A DNA stretch of 64,000 nt from the NCBI RefSeq assembly GCF_009834535.1, contig NC_045707.1:61940001-62004000 (forward strand), in the 5' to 3' direction. Under the pieces are notes generated by a model. The model saw only the letters and a program-made list of their open reading frames with translations, was not told where the DNA came from and did not search any database. Positions 40,005 through 52,270 of the stretch are shown piece after piece (position 1 is the stretch's first letter; each line of letters opens with the position of its first letter). The stretch is from Camelus ferus (Eukaryota). The translations under genes were made by a program, and so were the position numbers.

Positions 40005-40352
40005 TGTGTTCATCAGTTAATAACAATGTATTCCCCCATGTTTCCCTGGTCCCTGGCATTCAGGTGGATCTATGAGACTTGTCCTAAACAGTGGGTTTTT
40101 AGTAAAGTATGGAAGGGGTGGTATAAATTTCCATGCACATGTTACCCTGCTATGGGAAACAGAGAGGTCTTGTGTTCCAAATGATGCAGCTGTGAAGTGC
40201 TGAAATTTCTATCAGCATGACCTTGAATGATGGTGAGAAGCAAAGTTCCCATCTGTTCACACAGGACGTGTATAATAAACAAGAAATAATACTTTGTTGT
40301 ATACACTGAGGTCAGTTTGTTACCATAGCAGACCCTAGACTGTCCTGACTAT
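40005..40352 (+). mobile_element. MaLR LTR (MLT1I/J-like) within an L2 remnant
   Basis: caagaaataatactttgttgtatacactgag...tttgttaccatagcagaccctagactgtcctgactat. Confidence 0.75.
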
Positions 40353-40416
40353 CTTAGGTGCTCGAGATAAAGAAAGAAAACACCAAATTGCTTCCCTCAA
40401 GGACCACGAGGTAGAA

Positions 40417-40607
40417 CTGTGCTGTCCAACACGGGAGCCACCAAACATTTTAAATTTAAATTAGTTAATATTAAATAAAATGTAAAGGTCAGTTCCTCTA
40501 TCACATTAGCCACATTCCAAGTATTTGGTGGCTATGTGGCTAGTGGCTCTCATATTGGACAGCATATGAATATTTCCATCTTCAAAAAGTACCATTGGAC
40601 AGCACTG
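40417..40607. mobile_element. MER3 (hAT-Charlie MITE)
   Basis: TIRs ctgtgctgtccaa / ttggacagcactg; internal ttagccacattccaagt...atgtggctagtggct; Charlie-type target gtctagaa. Confidence 0.85.
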
Positions 40608-40976
40608 GTCTAGAAAAATGGATAAAGACAAGCTATTGTGATACAGGTTTATAAATGATAACAGAGCTGTAGGTGGAGAACATAGTGAGTAAAAAATATT
40701 GGAAAATAGAGTCTTAAAAATGTTATTTAACTGAAAAAAAGGAAAGTAAATGACACATCACCCTTTAATTTTTTTTAATGTGTAAAATCGTATTTCACTT
40801 TTAGGATTTTATTCAACACAAAAAGAGAACATGCTATGGAATGCAGTTTACAGAACTGTCAAATGCAGCAACGCTTTTTTAATACCAGATGTCTGCAGTC
40901 AATGGTGACAACTGTGTGCTAATCTAAATGGCCTGGAATTATAAAGACATTATGATATATCCATGAAATTGGATAT

Positions 40977-41120
40977 CTATTTTTAAATAATCTTTTTTTG
41001 GGGGGCAGGGGGTGGGTAATTAGGTTTATTTCTTTATTTTGAGAGGAGGTGCAAGGAATTGAACCCAGGACCTCATGCATGCTAAGCGTGTGCTCTACCA
41101 CAGGAGCAACACCCTCCTCC
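40977..41120 (-). mobile_element. Vic-1-type camelid tRNA-derived SINE
   Basis: Antisense of ...gtggtagagcacacgcttagcatgcatgaggtcctgggttcaattcc (A/B boxes); TSD ccatgaaat(t/a)ggatat at 40961-40976 and 41121-41136. Confidence 0.9.
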
Positions 41121-41559
41121 CCATGAAATAGGATATTATGTAGTTTTCAACGTAAAATGAGTTGGGGTGTCCTCATGGTTGGGCTCCACATATGAGGATC
41201 ACCACCATCACAAAGTACACCAGGGAGAACTGGGGGCACTGAGGATGAAACTTAATCTGAGCCAGCTATGAGGCTCTGGATGCTCTAGAGTTTGAACTTC
41301 TCTAGAAAAGAAACTCCAAGGAAAACAGATCAGCTCATCCACTTCTAAAACTGAGGTCAGGGATGCAGTACAGGGACGTCGCCATAAATGTCTCTTGGCG
41401 GGAGAAGGAATGTCTGGACCCTGTTCCGAGGGACGTGTCCAGAGGTGTGTTGTTGGAGAACTCTAACACTGTACTCCCTGGGGGGTTGAATTCCTATTAA
41501 GATGGGAGAAGGGCATGTGGTCCTAACTCCTCACTGACTCCTGGACAATGTACCTTGAA

Positions 41560-41905
41560 GCTATTTGCTGCGGACTGTGCCGAGTAAACGCGAGCAGGTG
41601 GACCGGGAGCTCAAAGTACCGATGTTCTGATGGTGAGTTTCCCGTTGTGGTCTTTTTTCTTTTTTCTTTTTTTCTCTTTTATCTCCCAGCCTGAAATCGA
41701 AGACAATCTGAAACCTGAACGTGCTCACTAGTTGCAGAAAGAAATGGTTTCTTACGAAGCCCTCTCCTTCTGGTCAGAGGAGCAGGAAATGGAGGCTCCA
41801 TGAGACACAAAGTGGAGGAATTTCCTGCTTTTATTTGTTTGTTTTCTGTCCTCCTCACCTTCGCCCCCAGGCAATTGCAGCTGAGTGAACTGACAGTTGG
41901 GGAGT
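41560..41905 (+). mobile_element. Old L1 (L1M4/MC/MD-type) 5'UTR relic
   Basis: ggtgagtttccc plus T tract and ccttctggtcagaggagcaggaaatggagg plus T tract resemble the repeated modules of ancient L1 5' ends. Confidence 0.5.
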
Positions 41906-41919
41906 TCCAAGACAGCCGC

Positions 41920-42000
41920 ATTCTCTAGCCTCTGTCCTGTGCCCTTGATCTAGAACAGTGCTTGGACGTAGGAAATACTCAATAAATATTTGTATAAAGA
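41920..42000 (+). mobile_element. L2 3' end
   Basis: ctagaacagtgcttggacgtaggaaatactcaataaatatttgt. Confidence 0.8.
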
Positions 42001-45000
42001 AGCTAAAATATAATAGGAAGCAAAAGGTAGAAGAGGCCACATCAAAAGGAATATGGAATGACTAGAGAGAAGAAGACATTTAGGATATTTCAACCTTTGG
42101 AAAAACCTACCCACAAGGGGCCAACAGGATCAACAGAGTAAGTCATTTAAGATCAGCTATTTGAAAGATGAAGTAGGAAAGAGAAAAGACTGCACTGAGA
42201 AAAGAGTGAGAAGCTCCAGGGAAGGTCTGGATTAGGTATAATAATACATTTCATCTTCTGTTTAATTTTCTCTCTACGTGAATAATATTGGCTTACAAAA
42301 GCAGTGATGCCTCACGAGACTTAAACAACCTTCATTTTCCATGTTATGACAAGGAATCCTAGAAAGAACCAAGTACTCACTTCCACCCACGTGTATCTAT
42401 CAAGTGCCATCTCAGCTACTCATTTGAGTGAATGGAGTTTAATTTACTAAGTTGAGGGGATGACTTTTCTAATACTCGGCCTCAGTCAATTTTTCCAGTA
42501 TTCCCTGTGCACCGAGCACTCTGAACCAGGAACGCTCAGTGCACAAAAGTTGCAACCCTTTCTGGTGAGCAAGGACTTTGGCTTCCCTTATATTTGGTTT
42601 CCCTTATATTTTTCTTCCTCATGTTTTTGGTTTTATCTCTCAGACATCTCTGATTTCAGGGTTTAGGCAATGCAATAAATTATTTCATGTATGCTCTCCT
42701 GGACATCTTCCAAGCAATATACCCTCATTCTGCTTTTTTGTACAGTCTATGTAGCATCTCATGATTTTATTGGCTACATCAATTGTGCAGAGCATTTGAT
42801 TGCGTATGGGCAAACACGACCACACAATTTCTGTAGTTTATCTTCTGTGTAATGCGTCCTTTAAGCAATCTCATAAATACAGCCAGCCATTTCCCCAGCT
42901 TGTCCTCCCTTCGCAGGAGCAAGCTGAGAGCAAAATATACAAAATTCTTTTCCACAATAATTTTACCCACCCTGAGGACTCAATGGGCAATTACTTCCCC
43001 CTTAAATCCGTTTTGCACTGAGTTCAGTGCTGGTTAATATTTACATAATCTCTTCATTTACCCAGTTTTTAAGTCCAGGAATTGAGTCCAAGCTCCTGAA
43101 AACGTTCCACCAGCCTAGCATACCTGGTCCTACCTTGAATCTCCCTGGTTTTAATTTCGGGAGCTCCTATATGGCACTTACTCCAGTCACCCAGGAAAAT
43201 CTTGGCTGTTGGATAGATACAGGAAATAAATTCTGATCAACTGAGTTTTCCAAAAAGCTGAAGACATGTATTTAGGAGCAGCAAACTCTTAAAATTAATT
43301 TTGTGTGGACATCATTTACAATGTGTTATGCTTTTCTTATGCCTGATTATAAGACACTAAAATTGAAGCACACAGGGGACATAAAAACTTTACTAACACC
43401 ATTACCAGAGGGCTTTAACAATTTTTTTCCCACTTTTTTTTTTCCTTCAAAATTGGCAAAATTTGGGCAATTTCACTTTGAGAGTAACTAAGATTCCTTT
43501 ACTGTAGACTTATTGAGTCAGACTTTCCCAGAAACCACCGGACTGTTTGTGTGTTGGGGGGGTTGCTGCACTGGGGGGAGCACGCGGGGAAGTTTGCCCC
43601 AATGCAAAATGGTGACTGCAGATCTGATTTTGCAGTTCTTACAGCTGCCTTTTACCATGTTGATGTTTTTCCCTTGCTCTGAGACCAGCAGCTGTCTGTC
43701 ACTGCTCACCACTGCCAGTGCACCAGCGAGTAACAGCCATCCCCCTGCTGTCTAATACAGTCATATTCTATAAATATGATACAAATTGCAAAAACAATAA
43801 CTTTCTTTGCAAAAGCGAGGTAAATATTCTCTAAGTGTAGGTCCAAGGGGGCTCTCCTGTGCATATGTAACCAACTTACGTCATGAGCTTGACCATAGGA
43901 ACAGCTTTATTTTGTCTCTCCATTGCCTTAAACCTCACTCTTTTGAAGTCCCCTTTCTGCCCTTGGATGGCATTTCAGGGATATACTCCAATTTAGGAGT
44001 CACTAAAAGGTCCGATACAATCTAAATTGAAAATTTAATTTTACATTCAATTTAAAGCTTTCACCTCTCACCAGTTGAGACCTAACCAATGTATTTCAGG
44101 CCCAGCAGAGAAGAAGGCGTGGCGGGGTAGGGGGATGGAACCTGGTCTGTTATTTCATTGTGTTTATTCCAAATGCCTCTCCTCTCATCCCCACCTGAAG
44201 AATTTCCTATCCGTGATTCTCACTTAATTTTGGCAGGTGTCTATATTTGATATATTTCCTGGAAGATGTTACTGGTTTCTTTGGAGAACATCAACAATGC
44301 ACCATATCTTTTGGCGGGGGATCTTTTGTCTAGGAGATCTCACATCACCCTCATGAGCTCCTGCCCTGGCTTTACAGATAAGGGTTCCCTGGCCCTGGGC
44401 AGCTTCCATGGTTTCCTTTTGGACCACTGGAAAACTCACAAGTCCTTGCCCATCAAACAAGGGAACTCCAGGTTTGCTAACACTCCCACCCTTCCATCCT
44501 CTCTCCTGACCTTCCCTACAGGTTTGTTCAGATAAGCTTTTGAATTGCAGACTCTTACAGAGAAGGTCCAGTGCCTGAGCTTGCTTCCCTTCTAAACTTG
44601 CAAGAACACGTGACAGGTGTTTTCCCAAAACAAACGCACAAGATTCTGCAGCTTAGCTGCATCTCCTCCATGGAGATAACTGCAAACAACAAGAGTAGTT
44701 TTTTGGGGGGAGGGTCCTTTACTTTTTTGAGGTGTAGAGGAAGGACCCTCCTTCCTGCCTCCCTGGGAAAGGGAGGAAGGAAAATGCCATAGTAGTCTCT
44801 CTCTCTAACGAGTCTCTAATGTTTTTAAGATCACCTGGAGACTGGATGGATACCGATAATTACCAGCTGGCTACCTCTTAGTAAGTCCTCTGGAACGTGT
44901 GAGCACCTTTCTTTAGAATGCAGATCTGTACTCCTTGCTCTTTGTCTCTACTTTGCAGCCTCAGTCAATCCCTCTAGACAATAGGAATGGATCCATTTGA

Positions 45001-45334
45001 TGTCCAGTTACAAGTATGTTGTGTGAACTGAGGAACAAATGCTTTGTAGTATCTGTCTTAGTTGCCTTAGTTTGCTTTGTTTTGTGTAATGGTGTAGACA
45101 GTGTTGTATCATTTAAAAAAAAGTTTTAGATTTATACATCACCCCCCCAGCTAATTATGGTGACTCATTGAATTCTTAAAAGTTCTTATATTTTAATCAA
45201 ATAAATACATGTTAACTTTTCAGCTTTGTTTTAAAAAGGCATTCAATATGTATTTATTAATCACATGAGTGTTTCCTATATAAATCGTCCTTCATTTAAC
45301 ATGCCAACTTTTTAAGAGCAATGTTTTGGTATTC

Positions 45335-45525
45335 TCTATGTTAAAGAGGAAAGAGTGGAATTTGGGTAAAAACTTCAAATGCTGCTTGACCACATGTAGG
45401 TATGATATTCAAGGGAAGTTTTTAAACTTATTTCAGCCTCAGTTTCCACTTTTTAAAGGGCAATACCTATCTTGCCCCTTTGTAATTTTATGTTGCAATA
45501 AATATACATTTTCTGGAACTCAGTA
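45335..45525 (+). mobile_element. MIR SINE
   Basis: gttaaagag...gggaagtttttaaacttatttcagcctcagtttccactttttaaaggg. Confidence 0.7.
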
Positions 45526-45809
45526 AGAGATTTATATATACGAATACCCTTCATTTACCCTTCAATTACTCTTCCCTTATTTAAGATATTCCACTCTGAG
45601 TATCTTCTTTGAATTTGTGACGATGATTTCTTACACTCAGAATAATTAATCTTTCAGAATCTGTATCACAAAATCTACAAATCAATTACTCCAGGCACCT
45701 TTCATTCATTTGTATTGTATTATAGCCAGAGTCCTTAGAGAACTGTAAAAAATATATGCACTTGCCAGGGGCAGTATTGTTGCCTTTTCTGATTCCCTCT
45801 GAATTTGAT

Positions 45810-45995
45810 GATGTAATTAATCCGAGCTTGGTGCTCTGTCAACTTCAGTAATTCTGATGACCTTATCACACTCTCCAGCGGAGACATAAATATTAAGGGA
45901 GCACCTGAGGGAATTAGATTCTACTGTCATCCTTACTGGCCAATGTTTTTAGAAACCATTTTACACCCCCTCCTTTTGTCTATGAAAAATTGTAT
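45810..45995 (-). mobile_element. Probable ancient CR1/L3-clade LINE RT fragment
   Basis: Frameshifted translation gives PQG(S)...LNIYV...LESVI..SELLKL..TKLG, similar to CR1 VPQGS..LFNIFINDLE....LLKFADDTKLG. Confidence 0.5.
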
Positions 45996-46719
45996 ATTAA
46001 ACTGAGAATGAATAGAACTGTTGTGTTTGCCAACCCGTTTTCATAACTGGGGGAGAGGCAGGGAAGGAGAGCTAGTGAGGATTCTAATAAGGAAGAAGAA
46101 AATTAAACTGCATCTGTGTAGGTAAAACCGAGAGTCTATTTTCATTATTAAAGCTGTTTGTCATTGCAACAACCGCTGGCCGTTGTCTCAGGGAAGTATT
46201 GTACATGCCTGCGGTTTTCGAAAACAACATCTTCTCAATTTCGCTTTGCTGCGTTTGATTTGATTGCCGGGATGCTAGTGTGATTGGATACCTGAATAGT
46301 AATAAATTTTGGCATGCAGATTTGAACAGCGAAGGAAAAGGATGAGGAAAATAATGGCGGTGGCTTAAGCCCATGTTAAATTTATGCAAAAATATGGTTA
46401 GCCAAATGATGAACAGATGCAGCTGAGTATTTCCATCATTTTTGTTAAATATCCTGCAAATGATTCTGGCTGGTTATACAGGAAAATTGCATCAAAATGA
46501 AGTGCGTACATGGGTAAAATATTAATGACTGATCTCCATTCAATGGACTATAGATAATGCAGCTGTTTTTAGCCTCCAGCTGTGGAAACAGAACTTACTT
46601 TTTCAGAAGGGGGAAAAAAAAAAGTAGATTTCCCATTTTGTTTCATTTCCATCTCATTTCCTATTTACTTAGTTTTTTGCTTCCTTAGTTTTCTGACACC
46701 TCTCTATTTCAGGACTATC

Positions 46720-47140
46720 TTCAACACCCCCCGGTCTTTCTGAGTAATAAGAGTCAGCACGTGTAAACTCGATTTGGACTTCTGGTAAGGTGTGTCATTC
46801 ATGAATGGTGGACCCCTTGGAGAGGAGTCTATGAGGGTCTCAGTGCATGAAGGAGCCTTTATGATGGGAGGCCACGTGTCTTTGTCTCCTGAGTAACAGA
46901 TGCCCCGAGACCAGGAGTAGACTGGGAAAACTGGGGACTGGCCCCATTTCTCATAAAAGGTTGGCCACACATGGTGGTAGTGATTAAGTCAAGAATGTCT
47001 TTCTGAGGGGTGAATAAAGGCATATGAGCATTAGGGCAGGATGAAGGCAGGCAGGAGTTCTGAAGATGAACAGGGAAGGAAGGAAGTAAAACCGATGAAG
47101 CAGAAGTGGCTGAAAATAGGCAGAAAATACAGGTGGAGCA
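46720..47140. mobile_element. Possible ancient Gypsy-type LTR relic (LTR81/LTR85-like)
   Basis: ggttggccacacatggtgg...gtcaagaatgtctttctgag...taaagggcatatgagca is reminiscent of these LTRs; recall is uncertain. Confidence 0.3.
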
Positions 47141-47179
47141 GAAGAGAAGAGAGAGTGGTGAATTGCTAATTATAATAAT

Positions 47180-47385
47180 GGCATAGATATAGGTAGCCAG
47201 GCACTGCGTGAAGGAAGATCATTTCATATACCATCTCATTCAATTATCAGAGCAATATTACAAGTATTATAAAATCCTTCCAAATCCTGCCGATGTGGAA
47301 AACTCGGGTACAAGGAGATTTAAAATCTCATCCAAGATCATGTAAGTAGTTGAATCCGACACTTTGGCCCCAGAAGTAATGCCTG
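47180..47385 (-). mobile_element. MIR SINE
   Basis: gccaggcactgcg...atctcattcaattatc...gatgtggaaaactcgg...ccaagatcatgtaagtagt. Confidence 0.6.
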
Positions 47386-48762
47386 TAATCATGGGAGAAA
47401 AACGCGGAAAATGAGGAATGGAGCGCAGGGGGCAGCTACTTTCACTGAGATCAGTAATCCTTCTAAGTCCTTAAACCGCAGTTCTGGCTATGAAACTCAT
47501 CCTTCTCTCCTGTGAGACTCGGCTGTACAGTCCTGCGGCTGCCAGCATCCTTACCCGTTGGAATATTTTAAAATAATATGGGGACAAGCCTGAAAGAGAT
47601 GTGACGATGTGGGGACAGAGTGGTCCGGACAGAGACATCAGCAAGGATAAATGCCTTGAAATAGAAATAAATCTGTTCCAGTCTCAGCAAGGAGTCCAGG
47701 TTATTTCTGTTCTCACAGATTGTTTCTGTGCTGTATTAAAACACCCTAAAACTGAGAACTGTGAGAGTGATTGATCTGTAAGAAAGGCTCGATAACCACT
47801 TGTTGAATAAGTAAATGAATGACCACAATGCAGGTATGAAAACTGAACAATATTTAGGCACTGGGCATTGGTGAATGGCGGTCAAATGTGAACAAAATGG
47901 CAATAGGAAAGATAGCTTGAGTGCTTCACAGGAGAAAACTTCTTTAATTCACTAATTTGTTCACGATTAGCCCGACTTCTTTCTTTATATTTTATTGCAC
48001 CCAATGGCCTCATGCTGTTTACTTGGCTTCGGAGACCTTGTGTTGTTCCAAACAAACAGACTGCTCATTAAAAGGGCCATTTCTAGCTTTTCATGAATGG
48101 GGAATAATGCCAACATTTGACAACTTCATTTTATCAGGCTGTTCATCTATGTAAAGTTATTAGGATCATTTATTTCTAAATATATTCTAGATTAGTAGCA
48201 AAGTCAAAATCAAATCATTGCCAAACTGGCTACAGATACACTTTAATAACTTCAGTGTTCCTCATTACCGACTCTACAGACATGCTCTTTGACTAACTCA
48301 AGTCTTATGTTAGATGATAATTCGTCTTCAATATAAACTGTAATTATAGGTAATTGTGCTCTCTGGGATATGAGAACTAACAAATCCACTGAAAATCTAC
48401 AAATAAAACACTTGACCTCCACTTGGTCTTCTAGAGTGATGCTTCTGATCTCCTCCCCTCCTCTAGTCATGCGCTTGTATTTCTTCCACGTATGATGTGT
48501 GACCCATCTGGTGTCCTGAAGTCTGCTTCTGGGGCTGCTACTGATCTTAAAGCTGTCAAATATTTGCACAAAATACAGTAAAAAAATCAATTTTTATTCA
48601 CTTTTATTTTTTAGTGCAATCAAGGATCATTGGTCCTAATTCTAGGAGCCCTTGGCAGGACCAATCTAGAGTTACATGCACTAGGCTGAACTGAGAACCC
48701 TCCCTCCCTCCGGATGTTGAGTTATCAACCTCAAACCAAACCTCTTGGCTTTGATACATGGC

Positions 48763-49130
48763 TGTACCAGTTTGGAGGGAGTGCCGTAACAAAATACCAC
48801 CGACTGGGTGGGCTAAACAACAGAAATGTATTTTCTCACACTTCTGGACCTAACGTTTAAGATGGGCAGGTTTGGGTTCTTTCGAGGCCTCTCTTCTTGG
48901 CTTGCAGACGGCCGTCTTCTCGCTAGGTCCTCGTGTGTTCATCCTTCTGTCTGTGAATCTGTGTTGTATGAGGACACCTGTCTTTTTGGATTAGGGGCCA
49001 CCCATATGACCTCATTTTTATCTTAATTACCTCTTTGAGGCCCTGTCTTCAAATACAACCGCATTCTGAGGTACTGGAGGTTAGGCCTTCAACATATCAA
49101 TTTTGAGGGCACACAGTTCAGCCCGTAACA
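48763..49130 (-). mobile_element. MaLR solo LTR (MLT1A/B-like), full length
   Basis: TG...CA ends; gccgtaacaaaataccaccgactgggtgggctaaacaacagaaa...gcattctgaggtactggaggttagg; 5-bp TSD atggc/gtggc. Confidence 0.92.
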
Positions 49131-51599
49131 GTGGCATTTCCTCATGATGTATCTCCTAGAAGAATTTTGATGGCCTTGCTGTGCTTAGTATCCAGACACA
49201 CCCAGGGTACCTCAAACTCAAACAAGGGCGACTGCTACAAGCAGACAACTCTGATGGTTTTCAGGGCAGACAAAGGAAGGATAAAGTGAGGAAAACAAAC
49301 AGTAGATAGTTTTGCTACTCTAGAGGACAGAGATAAGTTTTAATAAAACTAGTATACATTGTGTTTGTGTGCATGCGTGTTTATGTGTGTGTAATTTTTT
49401 ATCTTTACAATCAATGTAAAAACTTGATTTTATAAATCCCATTGTTACATATGAAACTATCAAGGCTCAGAAAAGTTATCTAATGTGAAAAATGGCAAGA
49501 TTATAGGTCATAGAGCTGGAGTTAAGAAACAGATTTCTATAATGTCAGGACCTTTGACCAAGCTCATGAGAAAATTCTGAAATAAGACTCTCTGAAATGT
49601 TCTTTGCTTCCTTCATATTTGTAGGCAATAACCCAGTGCTTTCTGGAGGTGACTCAACTAAGAAATTCAGTTCAAGTGGGTCAAAATCCAAAGAGGTTAT
49701 AAGACCTAAAATCTCACCAAGGGAACAGCAAGTGAGACCGCCTGTGCTTACTACCGATGGTAACAGCAGTGTTCTCATGCACCTTAAAGCTGTACTTTAG
49801 AACCATTCAACCTAAATATGATTAATCCCTATACAAATGAAGTTTGTGTCCATTTGTCTGTAAAACATGTCTGTCAAAGAGAGCCAGATGGTTTTCCCCA
49901 AATTTGGAAAGTACACTTATAATGTTTGGCAGACAGAAATTCATGTTGGGACCTAGGGGAGAGATCTCAGGGATGAGACAGTTATCCTGTAGTGTAACAG
50001 AAATGGATATGCAGACATGCAACACTTACTAAGATACCATAAATAACTAATTTTATCTAAAACTCCAGACCAACAGTCACCTTGACATAGTCTTAGAAAT
50101 ACTGACATTGGTGACTCAAAAATGAGAATTTTAAAATTGCTTCTTATTTGGGTAGAGATATTTGTAGCATGAGAGGTATATGTAATAAGAGTTACCAATT
50201 CTAATTGTGCATGGGTAGGCCAGAAATTTTAAATAAAAGGATATGTTATGGAATTCTTTTACTTCATGTTGTATTTGTAACCAAGTATCTCACACCAACA
50301 CAACAGCCATCCTCATCGTTGGAGTAAATCTTGTTAAGACTGAAAGCAGAAAGAATGACGTCTGTTGTAAGTGAAAAATAATAGAACAAGAAATTAATTG
50401 CAAAGTAATGGGTAATTATGTATCAAAAATCATAGTATAATAGACAAATATATGTATTTCGTTGTACAATGTTAAATGAGATGCTCTAACTTCATGATGT
50501 TTATATCGTAAGGTTTTCTTGATTTAAACCTTGGCATGAAAGATTAAACTGAGTTCACTGACCAACCCTCCCAACCCCCCAAAAAAAGTATGAGACTAGG
50601 GAAATGAAACATTTTTGAGAGATACCTTGCCTCAAAAAGTATATCATAATTTTTGCAGTTTTCACAATTACAAAAAATTACAGTAAATTTCATACAATAT
50701 TTAAATGAATTGATTGAACTGTATGTGTAGGAAAGCATAATTTCTTAGCTTTCCAAAATACAGTTTGTGCACTTACATATTTTGGTCGCAAAAGATCACT
50801 CACTTCTCATATTGCTAAGTGACAACGGAATGGATTATTGATGGAATGAATCATTACACAGACCAAGTCTACAGAGAGTAAGAGATGAAGTACAGAAGAG
50901 AGACGCTACATAAATTATGTAGCTATCTTTATCCATGTTTAAAAAATATACATGGACCAAAATTATGATGAAAGGGGAAGTCAAATTGTTCCATTTTACC
51001 GGCATCTGTTTTATTTTGAATTAGGCACTTAGAACAGCACAGACATGGGCAATCTTGTGACAACAGTGGACCAAGGCTTTAGAATAAGCAAAGTACTTAA
51101 TGACGAGAAGGCAAAGTTAGAAGAGCTTGAGTAAGCTCTGTCTGTCACAGTGCGGTCTTTCACATGACACACAGTGAAGATTCTTTTATAATTCTATTTA
51201 CACATCTATATATACTTTAAAAAAAGATTTTAAGTGCAAAATGAATTGTCAATTACTCCCTGAAAGATTTTTTTTGTTAGACAGTCTTATGCGAAATCAC
51301 TGCAATACTTGGGTAAATGTCTAAGTTACCAAACAAAGAAATAATACGTCGCAGAGAACTGAGCTTTTTTTTCCTTCTAGAAAATACAATTGATATGTAT
51401 CCTTTGAGTAGAATTAAAACTCAGTGACAGACAACATCACATTAAATAGAAAGTGATTTGTGAATGTCTCACGAGATCTCCCTGCTGAAAGTGTTAGTGA
51501 ACGCCGCGTATGCGGTTGCAATATTCATGTGCCTTGGCTGGTCTGAGGCAAATAACAAGAATAAAACACAGTGATGTTTAAAAAGCACTGTCATATGTG

Positions 51600-51665
51600 T
51601 GTTCTTAAGTATTCTGACAACATCACTGTGAGGATGCAATGGTAGAAATAATTATCCCTCTTTTA
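51600..51665 (-). mobile_element. MIR SINE (remainder at 52271-52330), host of two younger insertions
   Basis: tctgacaacatcactgtgagg...attatccctctttta | agacgtgagaaaacctgagtttgagag...ccaaagatcac. Confidence 0.65.
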
Positions 51666-51814
51666 TTAAAAAAATTAAAAAAATAGCTTTATTCACATAC
51701 TGCTTTTCAATTTTTTTCTTTATTAAAACAAAATTTTTTTTAATGGAGGTACTGGGACTCAGGACCTTGTGTATGTTAAGCATGTGTTCTGCCACTGAGC
51801 TATATCCTTCCTTC
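51666..51814 (-). mobile_element. Vic-1-type camelid tRNA-derived SINE
   Basis: atggaggtactggga...caggaccttgtgtatgttaagcatgtgttctgccactgagctatatcc; TSD aatta(t/c)ccct(c/g)tttta at 51650-51665 and 51815-51830. Confidence 0.88.
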
Positions 51815-51840
51815 AATTACCCCTGTTTTAGAAGTGAGAA

Positions 51841-52270
51841 GAACAACCATATGGAAACTAATAGGACAACCGAGAAGAAATGGACACGTTTCTGGAAACA
51901 TACAGGCCACCAAGACTGAATCAAGAAGAAACAGACCACTTGAACAGACCGATCACTAGAAATGAAATAGAATCAGCAGTAAAAAACCTCCCTACAAACA
52001 AAGTCCATGACCAGATGGCTTCACTGGGGAATTCTACCAAACATACAAGGAAGAACTCATACCAATCCTTCCCACACTCTTCCAAAAGACTGAAGAGGAG
52101 GGAACACTCCCAAACTCATTCTGTGAAGCCACCGTCTCCCTGATACCAAAGCCAGACAAAGACACTACCAAAAAAGAAAATTACAAGCCAGTATCATTGA
52201 CGAACATAGATGCAAAAGTCCTCAACAAAATATTAGCAAACAGAATCCAACAACACATAAAAAAGATTAC
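51841..52270 (+). mobile_element. Internal L1 ORF2 fragment (Z domain to start of RT)
   Basis: [31 protein letters not shown]...[20 protein letters not shown]...[22 protein letters not shown]; one frameshift. Confidence 0.95.

Noticed and set aside
41192..41203. atgaggatcacc, a 12-nt match to the MS2 operator hairpin
   Set aside because: Single copy with a broken 3' stem and no vector context; chance match
41633..41689. Apparent 57-nt GT-AG mini-intron with a strong polypyrimidine tract
   Set aside because: Shorter than typical minimal mammalian introns and better explained as a module of an old L1 5'UTR
48416..48553. Minus-strand purine-rich exon-like segment within the 112-aa ORF
   Set aside because: Weak donor (gag|gtcaag) and an unrecognised peptide; insufficient support
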